In this document: piece after piece, positions 17,377 to 25,749 of the stretch
Position numbering within the stretch: the stretch's first letter is position 1
How the letters are laid out: each line of letters begins with the position of its first letter
Assembly (NCBI GenBank): GCA_020027875.1
Contig: JAHRHA010000013.1
Span: forward strand, 1,885-65,884
DNA length: 64,000 bases
Source: Micromonosporaceae bacterium
GTDB lineage: Bacteria > Actinomycetota > Actinomycetes > Mycobacteriales > Micromonosporaceae
Direction: 5' to 3'
Position numbers and translations under genes: made by a program
The notes under the pieces: model-generated
The model's input: only the letters and a program-made list of their open reading frames with translations
The model's database searches: none
What the model was told of the DNA's origin: nothing

Positions 17377-19341
17377 ATGGCATCTGGCATTCGTAGGGCG
17401 CTGCATCCGTCACTCGTCGTCGTGCTCATCCTCGCCGGCGCTGGTTTCGCGCTGGCGCGACAGACGGCCACCGCTGAGGCCGCACCTCCCGGCGGCGGCA
17501 CGCCCACCGCGTTCGTCCGGGTCAATCAGGTCGGCTATGTCGCTACCGCAGCCAAGAGGGCATACCTCATGGCGTCGGGTGTCGAGACGGGTGCGATGTT
17601 CAGTGTCCGCAACGGTTCCAACACCGTCTTCACCGGCCCGATCGGCGCCGACCTCGGGTCGTGGAGCAACGGCTACTCGCACGTCTACGCATTGGACTTC
17701 AACGCTTTCACGACGGTCGGGTCATACACGATCGTGGTGACCGGGCCTATTGCCGCGACATCGCCGACGTTCCGCGTCGACACCGGCCCGAATCTCTATG
17801 CCGGAGCGATCGCCAACTCGCTCAACTACTACCAGGTGCAACGAGATGGGCCGAACTTCATCCCATCGGCACTGCGTACGGCGTCGGCGCACCTGCATGA
17901 CGCGACCGCGATGACGTACCTGACGCCGAACGCCAACTCCAGCGGACGCTTCTCCGGCGACCTGTCGCCGCTGGGCGTCACCATCGATGCCTCCGGTGGC
18001 TGGTTCGACGCGGGGGACTATCTCAAGTTCCTGCACGGGGCCGCCTACACCGCCCAGATGCTGATGATCGGCGTCCGGGATTTCCCGAACCAGATGGGCG
18101 CTGGCGCGGGTCCCGCGAACTTCACCGCGGAGGCCCGTCACGGCGCTGACTGGATCCTGCGCATGTGGGACGACAGCGCGCGCACGCTCTACTACCAGGT
18201 CGGCATCGGCAGCGGTAACTCCAAGACCCTCGGCGACCATGACATCTGGCGGCTCCCGCAGGCCGATGACACCTTCGGCGGGACGGATCCGAAGTACCGG
18301 TACGTCCGCAACCGCCCGGTCTTCCGGCTTGCGCCGCCCGGCGGGCTCATCAGCCCCAACATGGCCGGCCGCGAGGCGGGTGCGCTGGCCCTGTGCTACC
18401 AGCTGTTCCGCCTGAGCGACCCCGCGTTCGCGAACCAGTGCCTGGTGTCCGCCCAGCACGTCTACGACCTCGCCAACACCAACCCAACTGGCAATCTTGT
18501 CACAGTCATCCCGTTCAGCTTCTACCCGGAGACGGAGTGGCGGGACGACCTCGAGCTCGCTGCGGTCGAACTGCACAAGGCGATGGTGGTCGCTGGCGGA
18601 TCACCACCGCCCGGACTGCCGCACACCGACCCGGCGTTCTACCTGCAACAGGCGGCCCACTGGGCCAACGCCTACATCACCGGGCCGGAGGACGCTCTCG
18701 ACACCCTCAACCTGTACGACGTGGCGGGTCTCGCACACTACGAGCTCCACGGGTCCATCACCGCCGCCGGCAACCCGCCCGGACTGGAGACCACGCTAGC
18801 CGCGCTCGTGACCGACCTGCGCAAGCAGCTCGACCGTGGGACGGCCGAGGCCGCGACCGACCCGTTCGGCTTCGGTTTCCCGTGGGCCACCTGGGACACC
18901 ACGTCCCACGGTGCGGGCTTGGCTGTGACGGCGAGCCAGTACGCGGCGCTCACCGGGGACACCACCTACAAGCAGTGGGCCAACCGGTGGGTGGGCAACA
19001 TTCTCGGCGCCAACCCGTGGGGCCTTTCCTTGATCATCGGCACCGGCAGTACGTACCCCAAGTGTCCGCACCACCAGCTGGCGAACCTCGCCGGCTCACT
19101 CGACGGCACGCCGCCCGTGCTGGCGGGCGCCGCGGTCGAGGGCCCGAACTCGATCACCGGACGCGGTCTGGTCAGCGGAACGCGGATATGCCCGATCGGC
19201 GGAGGCGACGCCTACGCGCCCTTCAACGGCCAAGGAGCCGTGTTCAAGGACAACGTCGAGTCATACCCGAACATCGAGCCGGCCATCGATCTGACCGCCA
19301 CCTCGCCGCTCGCGTTCGCCTGGCAAGCAGTAGGGAGCTGA
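17377..19341 (+). CDS. glycoside hydrolase family 9 endoglucanase with N-terminal Ig-like module
   Basis: 'VRVNQVGYVATAAKRAYL' (CelD_N-like) and 'SGGWFDAGDYLKF' GH9 signature, plus a signal peptide. AGGAGG precedes the ATG. Confidence 0.9.
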   Translation: MASGIRRALHPSLVVVLILAGAGFALARQTATAEAAPPGGGTPTAFVRVNQVGYVATAAKRAYLMASGVETGAMFSVRNGSNTVFTGPIGADLGSWSNGYSHVYALDFNAFTTVGSYTIVVTGPIAATSPTFRVDTGPNLYAGAIANSLNYYQVQRDGPNFIPSALRTASAHLHDATAMTYLTPNANSSGRFSGDLSPLGVTIDASGGWFDAGDYLKFLHGAAYTAQMLMIGVRDFPNQMGAGAGPANFTAEARHGADWILRMWDDSARTLYYQVGIGSGNSKTLGDHDIWRLPQADDTFGGTDPKYRYVRNRPVFRLAPPGGLISPNMAGREAGALALCYQLFRLSDPAFANQCLVSAQHVYDLANTNPTGNLVTVIPFSFYPETEWRDDLELAAVELHKAMVVAGGSPPPGLPHTDPAFYLQQAAHWANAYITGPEDALDTLNLYDVAGLAHYELHGSITAAGNPPGLETTLAALVTDLRKQLDRGTAEAATDPFGFGFPWATWDTTSHGAGLAVTASQYAALTGDTTYKQWANRWVGNILGANPWGLSLIIGTGSTYPKCPHHQLANLAGSLDGTPPVLAGAAVEGPNSITGRGLVSGTRICPIGGGDAYAPFNGQGAVFKDNVESYPNIEPAIDLTATSPLAFAWQAVGS

Positions 19342-19346
19342 TCGCG

Positions 19347-20141
19347 GTGAGACGATTCCGGTACCTGTGGGCGCTGCCGGTCGCACTGGGCGGGTTGGTG
19401 GCCGCAGCGACGGCCGTCGTGACCGCCTCACCGGCGGCGGCCGCCACGTCGACCGTCGTCACGCTCCAGTTCGACGACGGCAACGCCGACCAGTACTCGA
19501 CCCTTGCCGTGTTGAATGCCCACGGCATGCACGCCACCTACTACGTCAACTCGGGCCCGGTGGGCGACGCGGATCACATGTCCTGGGCGCAGCTGACTGA
19601 CCTCGCGGCGGCCGGCAACGAGATCGCCGGGCACACGATCACCCACGCGAACCTGAAGAAACTCAAGACGGGACCGGCCCGGCAGGAGGTCTGCGGCGAC
19701 CGGGTCGCCCTCTTCGATCACGGGTTCGCGCCGGTATCGTTCGCGTACCCGTTCGGAGGGTTCGACGCGGCGGCCAAGCAGGTCGTTGCCGCGTGCGGCT
19801 ACAACAGCGCGAGGGGTGTGTCCGGCGTGGACGGTCGGCGGACCTTTGCCGAGACAATCCCGCCGGCCGACGCCTACGCGACAAGGACGCCGGCGAACGT
19901 CAAGAGCGGGACCTCGCTCGCCGCGATCCAGGCATACGTCACCGGGGCGGAGCAGCACGGCGGGGGCTGGGTGCAGATCGTGTTCCACCACGTCTGTGAC
20001 CGTTGCGACGCGTACTCGGTCACATCGGCCGACTTCACCGCGCTGGTGGAGTGGCTGGCGGCGCGCGCCGCCACCGGGACCGTCGTGCGGACCACCGCCG
20101 AGGTGATCGGAGGGCCGGTGCTCCCGCCCGTGGCGCCCTGA
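19347..20141 (+). CDS. polysaccharide deacetylase (CE4/NodB) family protein, secreted
   Basis: GTG start in frame with track ORF 18393..20141. 'TLQFDDGNADQY' and 'AGHTITHANL' NodB motifs; signal peptide 'ALPVALGGLVAAATAVVTASPAAA'. Confidence 0.85.
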   Translation: MRRFRYLWALPVALGGLVAAATAVVTASPAAAATSTVVTLQFDDGNADQYSTLAVLNAHGMHATYYVNSGPVGDADHMSWAQLTDLAAAGNEIAGHTITHANLKKLKTGPARQEVCGDRVALFDHGFAPVSFAYPFGGFDAAAKQVVAACGYNSARGVSGVDGRRTFAETIPPADAYATRTPANVKSGTSLAAIQAYVTGAEQHGGGWVQIVFHHVCDRCDAYSVTSADFTALVEWLAARAATGTVVRTTAEVIGGPVLPPVAP

Positions 20142-20154
20142 CAGCCACGCAGAG

Positions 20155-20191
20155 CCGAAGGCCCGGTCGCGGGTGCGGCCGGGACCTTCGG
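20155..20191 (+). terminator. candidate stem-loop terminator after the CE4 gene
   Basis: CCGAAGGCCCGG ... CCGGGACCTTCGG arms (one bulged A), 14 nt after the stop. No U-tract. Confidence 0.4.
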
Positions 20192-20258
20192 TCTCAGCAG
20201 CAGCCGTACCAACTCCGGGCCCTGGCACCTGGGTTCGCCGGTCGCGCGAGAGTCGCGC

Positions 20259-20921
20259 ATGATGTCGGCGATGGACGATCGGGATCAGTTGGGCCGCCGC
20301 GCTTCGGCGCGGCCGTTGAGCGGCGACGACGGGCGGGGTGTACGCCCGCCGCAACTACCCGATTCCGACCTCACCGAAACCGTGTCCCGGGCGCAGAAGG
20401 GTGACGAGGACGCCTTCAGGTCGATCTACCGGATCGTGCAGCCGGGCCTACTGCGATACCTGCGTGGGCTGGTGCGCGACGACGCCGAGGACGTGGCCTC
20501 CGAGGCCTGGTCGCAAATCGTACGCGATCTTGAGTCATTCCGAGGCGACGGCGATGGCTTCCGGGGGTGGGCGGCGACCATCGCCAGACATCGGGCGCTA
20601 GATCACTTGCGACACCAGCGCCGCCGTCCGGCGGCCTCAACACCGTTGGAGGAGCTCTCCGACGTCGCCAGCGCCGACGACACAGCCGCGTACGCACTCG
20701 ACACAGTCTCCACCGATACCGCGATCGCGCTGATCGCGTCGCTGCCGCGAGATCAGGCTGAGGCCGTGCTGCTGCGGGTGGTCATGGGACTTGATGTGCC
20801 CACCACGGCACGAGTGTTGGGCAAACGTGCCGGCGCCGTCCGCACCGCGACCCATCGCGGCTTGCGTCGGCTGGCCGAACGGTTGAACAAGGGTATCGAC
20901 GAGGCGCCCGAGCATGAGTAA
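20259..20921 (+). CDS. ECF-type RNA polymerase sigma-70 factor
   Basis: Region 2 'DAEDVASEAWSQIV...FRGWAATIARHRALDHLR' and region 4 'LPRDQAEAVLLRVVMGLDVPTTARVLGKRAGAVRTATHRGLRRL'. Confidence 0.9.
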   Translation: MMSAMDDRDQLGRRASARPLSGDDGRGVRPPQLPDSDLTETVSRAQKGDEDAFRSIYRIVQPGLLRYLRGLVRDDAEDVASEAWSQIVRDLESFRGDGDGFRGWAATIARHRALDHLRHQRRRPAASTPLEELSDVASADDTAAYALDTVSTDTAIALIASLPRDQAEAVLLRVVMGLDVPTTARVLGKRAGAVRTATHRGLRRLAERLNKGIDEAPEHE

Positions 20922-20955
20922 CGCCTACGGACGCGGAGACGCTGAGGGAAGTGAG

Positions 20956-21675
20956 ATGGGAAGGTACCGAATTCGCCGGATTGATGCCGAGACCGCGGAA
21001 CGACTGCTCGCGGGCGACTCGGTCCGTTCCGACCCTCTCGCCGATCTGCTCGCAGCTGCGGCCGCGCCTGCGCGATCCCGGGAATTTGCCGGTGAGGAGG
21101 CGGCCGTGGTCGCCTTTCGGTATGCGCGCCTGCGGCCCGCTCCTGCTCGCCACGCAAGATCGGCTGTTGGGAGCAGGTGGGCGTGGCTGCTGAGCATCAA
21201 GGCCGCGGCCATTACCCTCGCGGTCGCAGCCGCCGGTGTGGCGCTGGCCGCCGGCACCGGCGTGCTGCCCAATCCAATGGTCGACGTCGACTCGCCGTCC
21301 GGTGGCCCTAACGCTTCGACGCCCCAGAACGGCATGACCGCGACCGACGCGAGCTTCTGGGGAACAACATCGGCGTCCCCAGGTCCGCCCGGCCCGGGAT
21401 CATCCTCATCGTTGGTCGGGCTGTGCCAGGCGTACCTCGCCCAGCTCGCGAACAAGCCGGACAAGCTCCCGGACAGCCCCCCGTTCGCGGCGCTGATCAC
21501 CGCTGCCGGAGGCGTGGAGAAGGTGGTTTCGTTCTGTGAGGAGCTGTTGAGGACGCAGCCGGGAGTTCATCCTTCGGGGCCGCCTAGCGATCATCCGACC
21601 GGCAAGTCGAGCGAACATCCAGGCAACGCGCCAGACAACCAGAACGTGCCACCGAGCGCGCATCCCGGTGGCTGA
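20956..21675 (+). CDS. putative anti-sigma factor / membrane protein
   Basis: Directly follows the ECF sigma gene. 'RRIDAETAERLLAGD' N-terminus, one TM 'AAAITLAVAAAGVALAAGTGV', Pro/Ser-rich tail. ATG at 20956 follows GAGGGAAG; the track ORF opens at 20914. Confidence 0.6.
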   Translation: MGRYRIRRIDAETAERLLAGDSVRSDPLADLLAAAAAPARSREFAGEEAAVVAFRYARLRPAPARHARSAVGSRWAWLLSIKAAAITLAVAAAGVALAAGTGVLPNPMVDVDSPSGGPNASTPQNGMTATDASFWGTTSASPGPPGPGSSSSLVGLCQAYLAQLANKPDKLPDSPPFAALITAAGGVEKVVSFCEELLRTQPGVHPSGPPSDHPTGKSSEHPGNAPDNQNVPPSAHPGG

Positions 21676-21717
21676 TTGAGACTAAGTTCCCCGGAGCCGA
21701 GGCAGGAAGGAAGGACG

Positions 21718-22092
21718 ATGAGGCACGCCGCACGGGCGCGTGGCAGACCGGTCTTTCTGGACCGGTCCGGTCGACGTCGTCGGCTCGTGCTGCTGGCGGG
21801 ACTGTGTCTCGGCGCGGTTCTCATCGGCAGTCTTGCGCTGCTCGGGGTGGGCCTGTCCGGAGCGTCGCCAATCCACATCCCCGGCTTCCCGGACTCAGGT
21901 GCACACGCTGGCGGCCCGAGCCCTGAGCCCAGTGACCCCTCGTCCGGCGGCAGAGAACCGGGTACAGCAGCGCAGCCGTACCCCACAACTACCCCCGGCC
22001 CGGCTGCGTCCCCCTCGACTGAGCCCACCAGTCCGAGGCGGATCCCTACCCACACTCCCTCCCACCAGCCGAAGCCGTCGAAGACGAAGTAA
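21718..22092 (+). CDS. membrane-anchored Pro-rich protein preceding the exopolysaccharide synthase
   Basis: ATG after GGAAGGAAGGA. TM 'LVLLAGLCLGAVLIGSLALLGVGL' then a Pro/Ser/Thr-rich tail. Stop lies 2 nt before the next gene. Confidence 0.55.
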   Translation: MRHAARARGRPVFLDRSGRRRRLVLLAGLCLGAVLIGSLALLGVGLSGASPIHIPGFPDSGAHAGGPSPEPSDPSSGGREPGTAAQPYPTTTPGPAASPSTEPTSPRRIPTHTPSHQPKPSKTK

Positions 22093-22094
22093 CT

Positions 22095-24212
22095 GTGGCC
22101 CGTCACGTAGTTCGCCGCGAGCCGCGGGCACACTGGGCGCTGCTCCTACTCGGCTTGGTCGTGCTGCTCGGCGAACTGTGTCTCAGCGGCTACATTCGTC
22201 ACGTCGGCGCCGAGGGAAGCGGCCCCCGCCCGGTCGTTTCCGCGGCTGAGCCTGCACCGGCGGAGGTAGCCGGCGGGGGTCCCGTTCTGCGCGTGGATCA
22301 GGACGGGCATGTGACGAGTCGGGAAATGCCGACGAAAACCATCGCGCTCACGTTTGATGACGGACCCGATCCGCGGTGGACACCCGAGATCTTGGACGCT
22401 CTGGCGCGCCACCATGCGCATGCCACGTTCTTCGTCATCGGCTCCAAGGTCAACGAGAATCCCGAACTCACTCGCCGGATTCTGGCGGAGGGCCACGACA
22501 TCGGTGCGCACACCTTCACTCATGTGGAGCTTTCCGCTGTGCCAGCGTGGCAGCGGCGGCTGGAGATGACTCTGGCGCAGAACGCCATCGCCGGCGTCAC
22601 GGGTCGTCAGGCGATTCTCATGCGGCCGCCGTACTCGTCTGAGACAAGCGCCCTCACCGCTGACGAGTTCGCGGCGGTACGGGATGCGACGGCGGGGGAG
22701 TACCTGACCATTCTTACCGACCTTGATACCAAGGACTGGGCCCGCCCGGGGGTCGACAAGATCGTGGCGGCTGGTACCCCGGCGGCGGGCGCCGGCGCGG
22801 TCGTGATGTTCCACGACGGTGGCGGTGATCGTTCGCAGACGGTGGCCGCCGTCGAACGGCTGCTCACCGAGCTCGGCAAGCGCGGCTACAAGTTCACGAC
22901 CATCTCGGCCGGAATCGGCCTGCCGTCGAACCCGGACTCGAGTACGGGTGCTCAGCTTCGCGGCGATGCGTTGCGCACCGCTCAGAGTGTGAGCAGCTGG
23001 TTGGCCGACGCGATGACCGTGCTGCTGGGTGTCGCGATCGGGCTGGCCGTCCTGCGCCTGGCAGTGCAGGTGGTGACTGCGCGGATTCACGTACGGCGCG
23101 TTCGCCGCCGGTCGGGTCGAAAATTGGTCTACCTCGGCCCGGTGTCCGTGGTGGTGCCGGCTTATAACGAAGCCGCGAACATCGCCGCGACCGTGCGCTC
23201 GCTCGTGGCGAGCGACTACCCCCACGTGGAGATCATCGTCGTGGACGACGGCTCAACCGACAACACCGCGGACATCGTGCGGCGTCTTCGGCTGCCGCAC
23301 GTGCGAGTGTTCCGCCAGCGCAACGCGGGCAAGCCGGCGGCGCTCAACACGGGCATCGCCGCCGCTCGACACGATCTGCTGGTCCTTGTCGACGGTGACA
23401 CAGTGTTCGAGCCAAACGCGGTTGGGCGCCTGGTGCAGCCGTTCGCAGACTCCGACGTCGGCGCGGTGAGCGGCAACACAAAGGTCGCGAATCGGGGCGG
23501 GCTGCTCGGTCGTTGGCAGCACCTTGAGTACGTCATCGGCTTCAACCTCGACCGGCGCCTGTTCGAGATCGCCGACTGCATGCCCACGGTGCCCGGCGCG
23601 ATTGGTGCCTTCCGCCGCGAGGCGCTCGCCGATGTCGGCGGAGTTCCCTCGGCCACCATCGCCGAGGACACCGACCTGACTATGGCGATCATCCGAGCGG
23701 GCTGGCGGGTCGTGTACGAGGAGTCGGCGATCGCCTGGACTGAGGCGCCTTCAACTCTGCGTCAGCTGTGGCGGCAACGCTACCGCTGGTCCTTTGGCAC
23801 GATGCAGGCGATTTGGAAGCACCGCCGGGCGATGGGCGAACGAGGCCTCGGCGGGAAGCTGGGTCGGCGGGGTCTTGTCTACCTTCTTCTCTTCCAGGTC
23901 CTGCTGCCGTTGGCTGCGCCGGCGGTTGACGTGTACGCCATCTACGGATTCCTTTTCCTCCCGCTGGGTCAGGTCGCCGCCGTCTGGGTGGGTTTCATGG
24001 CGCTCCAGGTGTTCACTGCTGCATATGCGCTGCACCTGGATCGGGAGCGCCTCGGCCCATTGTGGGCTCTCCCATTGCAACAGGTTGTGTACCGGCAGCT
24101 CATGTATCTGGTCGTGGTTCAGTCGACGGTAACCGCTCTCATTGGCATCCGCTTGCGCTGGCACCGGATGGCTCGCAGAGGCGCAGCGAGCGAAGTGCTG
24201 GGTGTCCGATAA
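22095..24212 (+). CDS. bifunctional polysaccharide deacetylase / family-2 glycosyltransferase (MatB/PgaC-like)
   Basis: N-terminal NodB domain ('LTFDDGPDPRWT', 'GAHTFTHVEL'). C-terminal processive GT2 ('VVVPAYNEA', 'VVDDGSTDNT', 'VDGDT', 'QRYRWSFG') with flanking TM helices. Confidence 0.9.
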   Translation: MARHVVRREPRAHWALLLLGLVVLLGELCLSGYIRHVGAEGSGPRPVVSAAEPAPAEVAGGGPVLRVDQDGHVTSREMPTKTIALTFDDGPDPRWTPEILDALARHHAHATFFVIGSKVNENPELTRRILAEGHDIGAHTFTHVELSAVPAWQRRLEMTLAQNAIAGVTGRQAILMRPPYSSETSALTADEFAAVRDATAGEYLTILTDLDTKDWARPGVDKIVAAGTPAAGAGAVVMFHDGGGDRSQTVAAVERLLTELGKRGYKFTTISAGIGLPSNPDSSTGAQLRGDALRTAQSVSSWLADAMTVLLGVAIGLAVLRLAVQVVTARIHVRRVRRRSGRKLVYLGPVSVVVPAYNEAANIAATVRSLVASDYPHVEIIVVDDGSTDNTADIVRRLRLPHVRVFRQRNAGKPAALNTGIAAARHDLLVLVDGDTVFEPNAVGRLVQPFADSDVGAVSGNTKVANRGGLLGRWQHLEYVIGFNLDRRLFEIADCMPTVPGAIGAFRREALADVGGVPSATIAEDTDLTMAIIRAGWRVVYEESAIAWTEAPSTLRQLWRQRYRWSFGTMQAIWKHRRAMGERGLGGKLGRRGLVYLLLFQVLLPLAAPAVDVYAIYGFLFLPLGQVAAVWVGFMALQVFTAAYALHLDRERLGPLWALPLQQVVYRQLMYLVVVQSTVTALIGIRLRWHRMARRGAASEVLGVR

Positions 24213-24481
24213 GGCTGATAGATCCAGTTGCTAGCTGTCGCCTATTGGACTTTGGCCTAACACGCTGTGGATTGAGTGACGCTGGGCACGCGGTCATCGC
24301 TGAACCCACGTAGGGTGTGGCTCGACCTCGCCCGCACTTGGCCCACTAGCACCATGTGGGGGCCCGAGCGGCTGGCGGGTTGGTCAGGTTTCTTGTACTA
24401 CAGATGGCCCGAACGGCCGATGTCGGTCGGCCAAGGTCGTCAAGGTTACGAAGGTCTACCCGACCCCCTCGGAGGAACTAC

Positions 24482-25273
24482 ATGGCGTGGCGAAAGTTAA
24501 CGGCGCTCACAGCAGCCGCCATTGGCGCTTTTGTGCTGCTGGCAACGCCGGCGCTCGCAGCGGCCCCAGTCGACCAACCCATCACTCTCAACCCCGCTCA
24601 CAAGGGCCAGACAGCTGCAGGGTTCGGAACGAAAAACTGTACGGGCCCGCTCGACAATCTTCCCGCTGGCAAAGACGGCTGGCATTTCATTCTTCCGTCG
24701 GCCACCGGCGAGGACTTCAAGAGCGTCGATTTGGAGTTCGATCCCCAAGCGGGGCCTAACGTCCTCGTGATCGTGGACAACGTCGCTCCGGGCACCCCCG
24801 ATTCGGGCCCAGGTTACGTGGCGTTCTTCGCCGCGACGGGCTCTGGTGCCTATAAACACCTCTTTGTCATCACAGACGCCGGGTGGACGTTGGTCGACGG
24901 CGACGGAGTCGCCATCAGGGACGACACGAAGGACTACAACAAGACGACGTTCAACCTCAGCCATACCTGCCCGTCAGAAACCCCGCCGTGCGTGGAGAAC
25001 TGCGAGCCGCCGTGCACGGTGAACTGCGGCCCGCCGCCGTGCACCGAGAACTGCGGCCCGCCCCCATGCGACCCTGCGATCGACGAGTGCACCCCGCCGC
25101 GTACCCCGACTCCAAGCCCCAGCCTGCCGGCCACGGGCAACGGTGTCGGTAGCGCAAGTGTGGGTAGCATCGCAGCCGTGGGCGCGGCCCTCGTTGTTGG
25201 TGGCGTTGCAATAACGCTGCTGCTGGCAAGACGCCGGCGTGACGAGCCAACGACGCCTGGCAGTACTGAGTAA
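24482..25273 (+). CDS. LPXTG-anchored surface protein with Cys/Pro-rich stalk
   Basis: Signal peptide 'AAIGAFVLLATPALAAAP'. 'LPATG' (25124..25138) followed by a hydrophobic helix and RRRR. GGAGGA before the ATG. Confidence 0.8.
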   Translation: MAWRKLTALTAAAIGAFVLLATPALAAAPVDQPITLNPAHKGQTAAGFGTKNCTGPLDNLPAGKDGWHFILPSATGEDFKSVDLEFDPQAGPNVLVIVDNVAPGTPDSGPGYVAFFAATGSGAYKHLFVITDAGWTLVDGDGVAIRDDTKDYNKTTFNLSHTCPSETPPCVENCEPPCTVNCGPPPCTENCGPPPCDPAIDECTPPRTPTPSPSLPATGNGVGSASVGSIAAVGAALVVGGVAITLLLARRRRDEPTTPGSTE

Positions 25274-25306
25274 CGCTCTCGGTACGTAACCGACGCCACG
25301 ACGAAA

Positions 25307-25339
25307 GGGGCGGTGCGACCACATCGGTCGCACCGCCCT
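25307..25339 (+). terminator. stem-loop terminator after the LPXTG gene
   Basis: Perfect 13-bp stem GGGCGGTGCGACC/GGTCGCACCGCCC with a 5-nt loop, 35 nt after the stop, followed by TT. Confidence 0.55.
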
Positions 25340-25749
25340 TCCGCATCCGTGACCTCCGTCCAGTCACCACGGCGGCGAGTAACCAGGCGGGCAGGCCCAG
25401 GCTGTGGTGCTCTTCCGGGGTGAGTTTGCGGAACACACACCGGCGCGCGTCTGCGCCTGCTCTGCCGGTGCCTTCCCGGGCACCGGCCGAGCCATGCGCC
25501 GTACCTGCAAACACATGCACCCCGGTCAGGGTTCGCTGATGTAGACGACCGCCATCGCGTCACGCCCTCGCGTGACAGCCAGCAACCGGTTAGGTGGCTG
25601 CGTCGTTGAGCAACCCGGCTGGGTGCACACCGACATTCCGGATAAATGCTGGCGAGCTACCCGCTACATGTGGTGATCATGCCGTCACTGGAGAATCGTC
25701 GCCGATGGAGCGCCGGTATCGAGGTCCGGCGATGTGAAAGGAGGACTGG

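Noticed and set aside
20205-20245. Sigma-54-like TGGCAC-N5-TTCGC element upstream of the ECF sigma gene
   Set aside because: The -12 element is imperfect (TTCGC versus TTGCA) and actinobacteria are not known to encode sigma-54, so this is probably a chance match.
22146-23225. 359-aa minus-strand ORF, and similar long antisense ORFs at 25765..26667, 44857..45942, 51921..53168, 52021..53100, 17722..18576, 43147..43944 and 19428..20354
   Set aside because: All overlap strongly supported genes on the opposite strand and show the skewed R/P/G/A composition of high-GC shadow frames.
25343-25749. Possible gene or mobile-element fragment in the 400-nt gap before the second BNR gene (minus-frame peptide '...CVFRKLTPEEHHSLGLPAWLLAAVV...')
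   Set aside because: No motif could be assigned with confidence, no start or RBS is present, and the surrounding frames are Arg-rich. The region is left unannotated.
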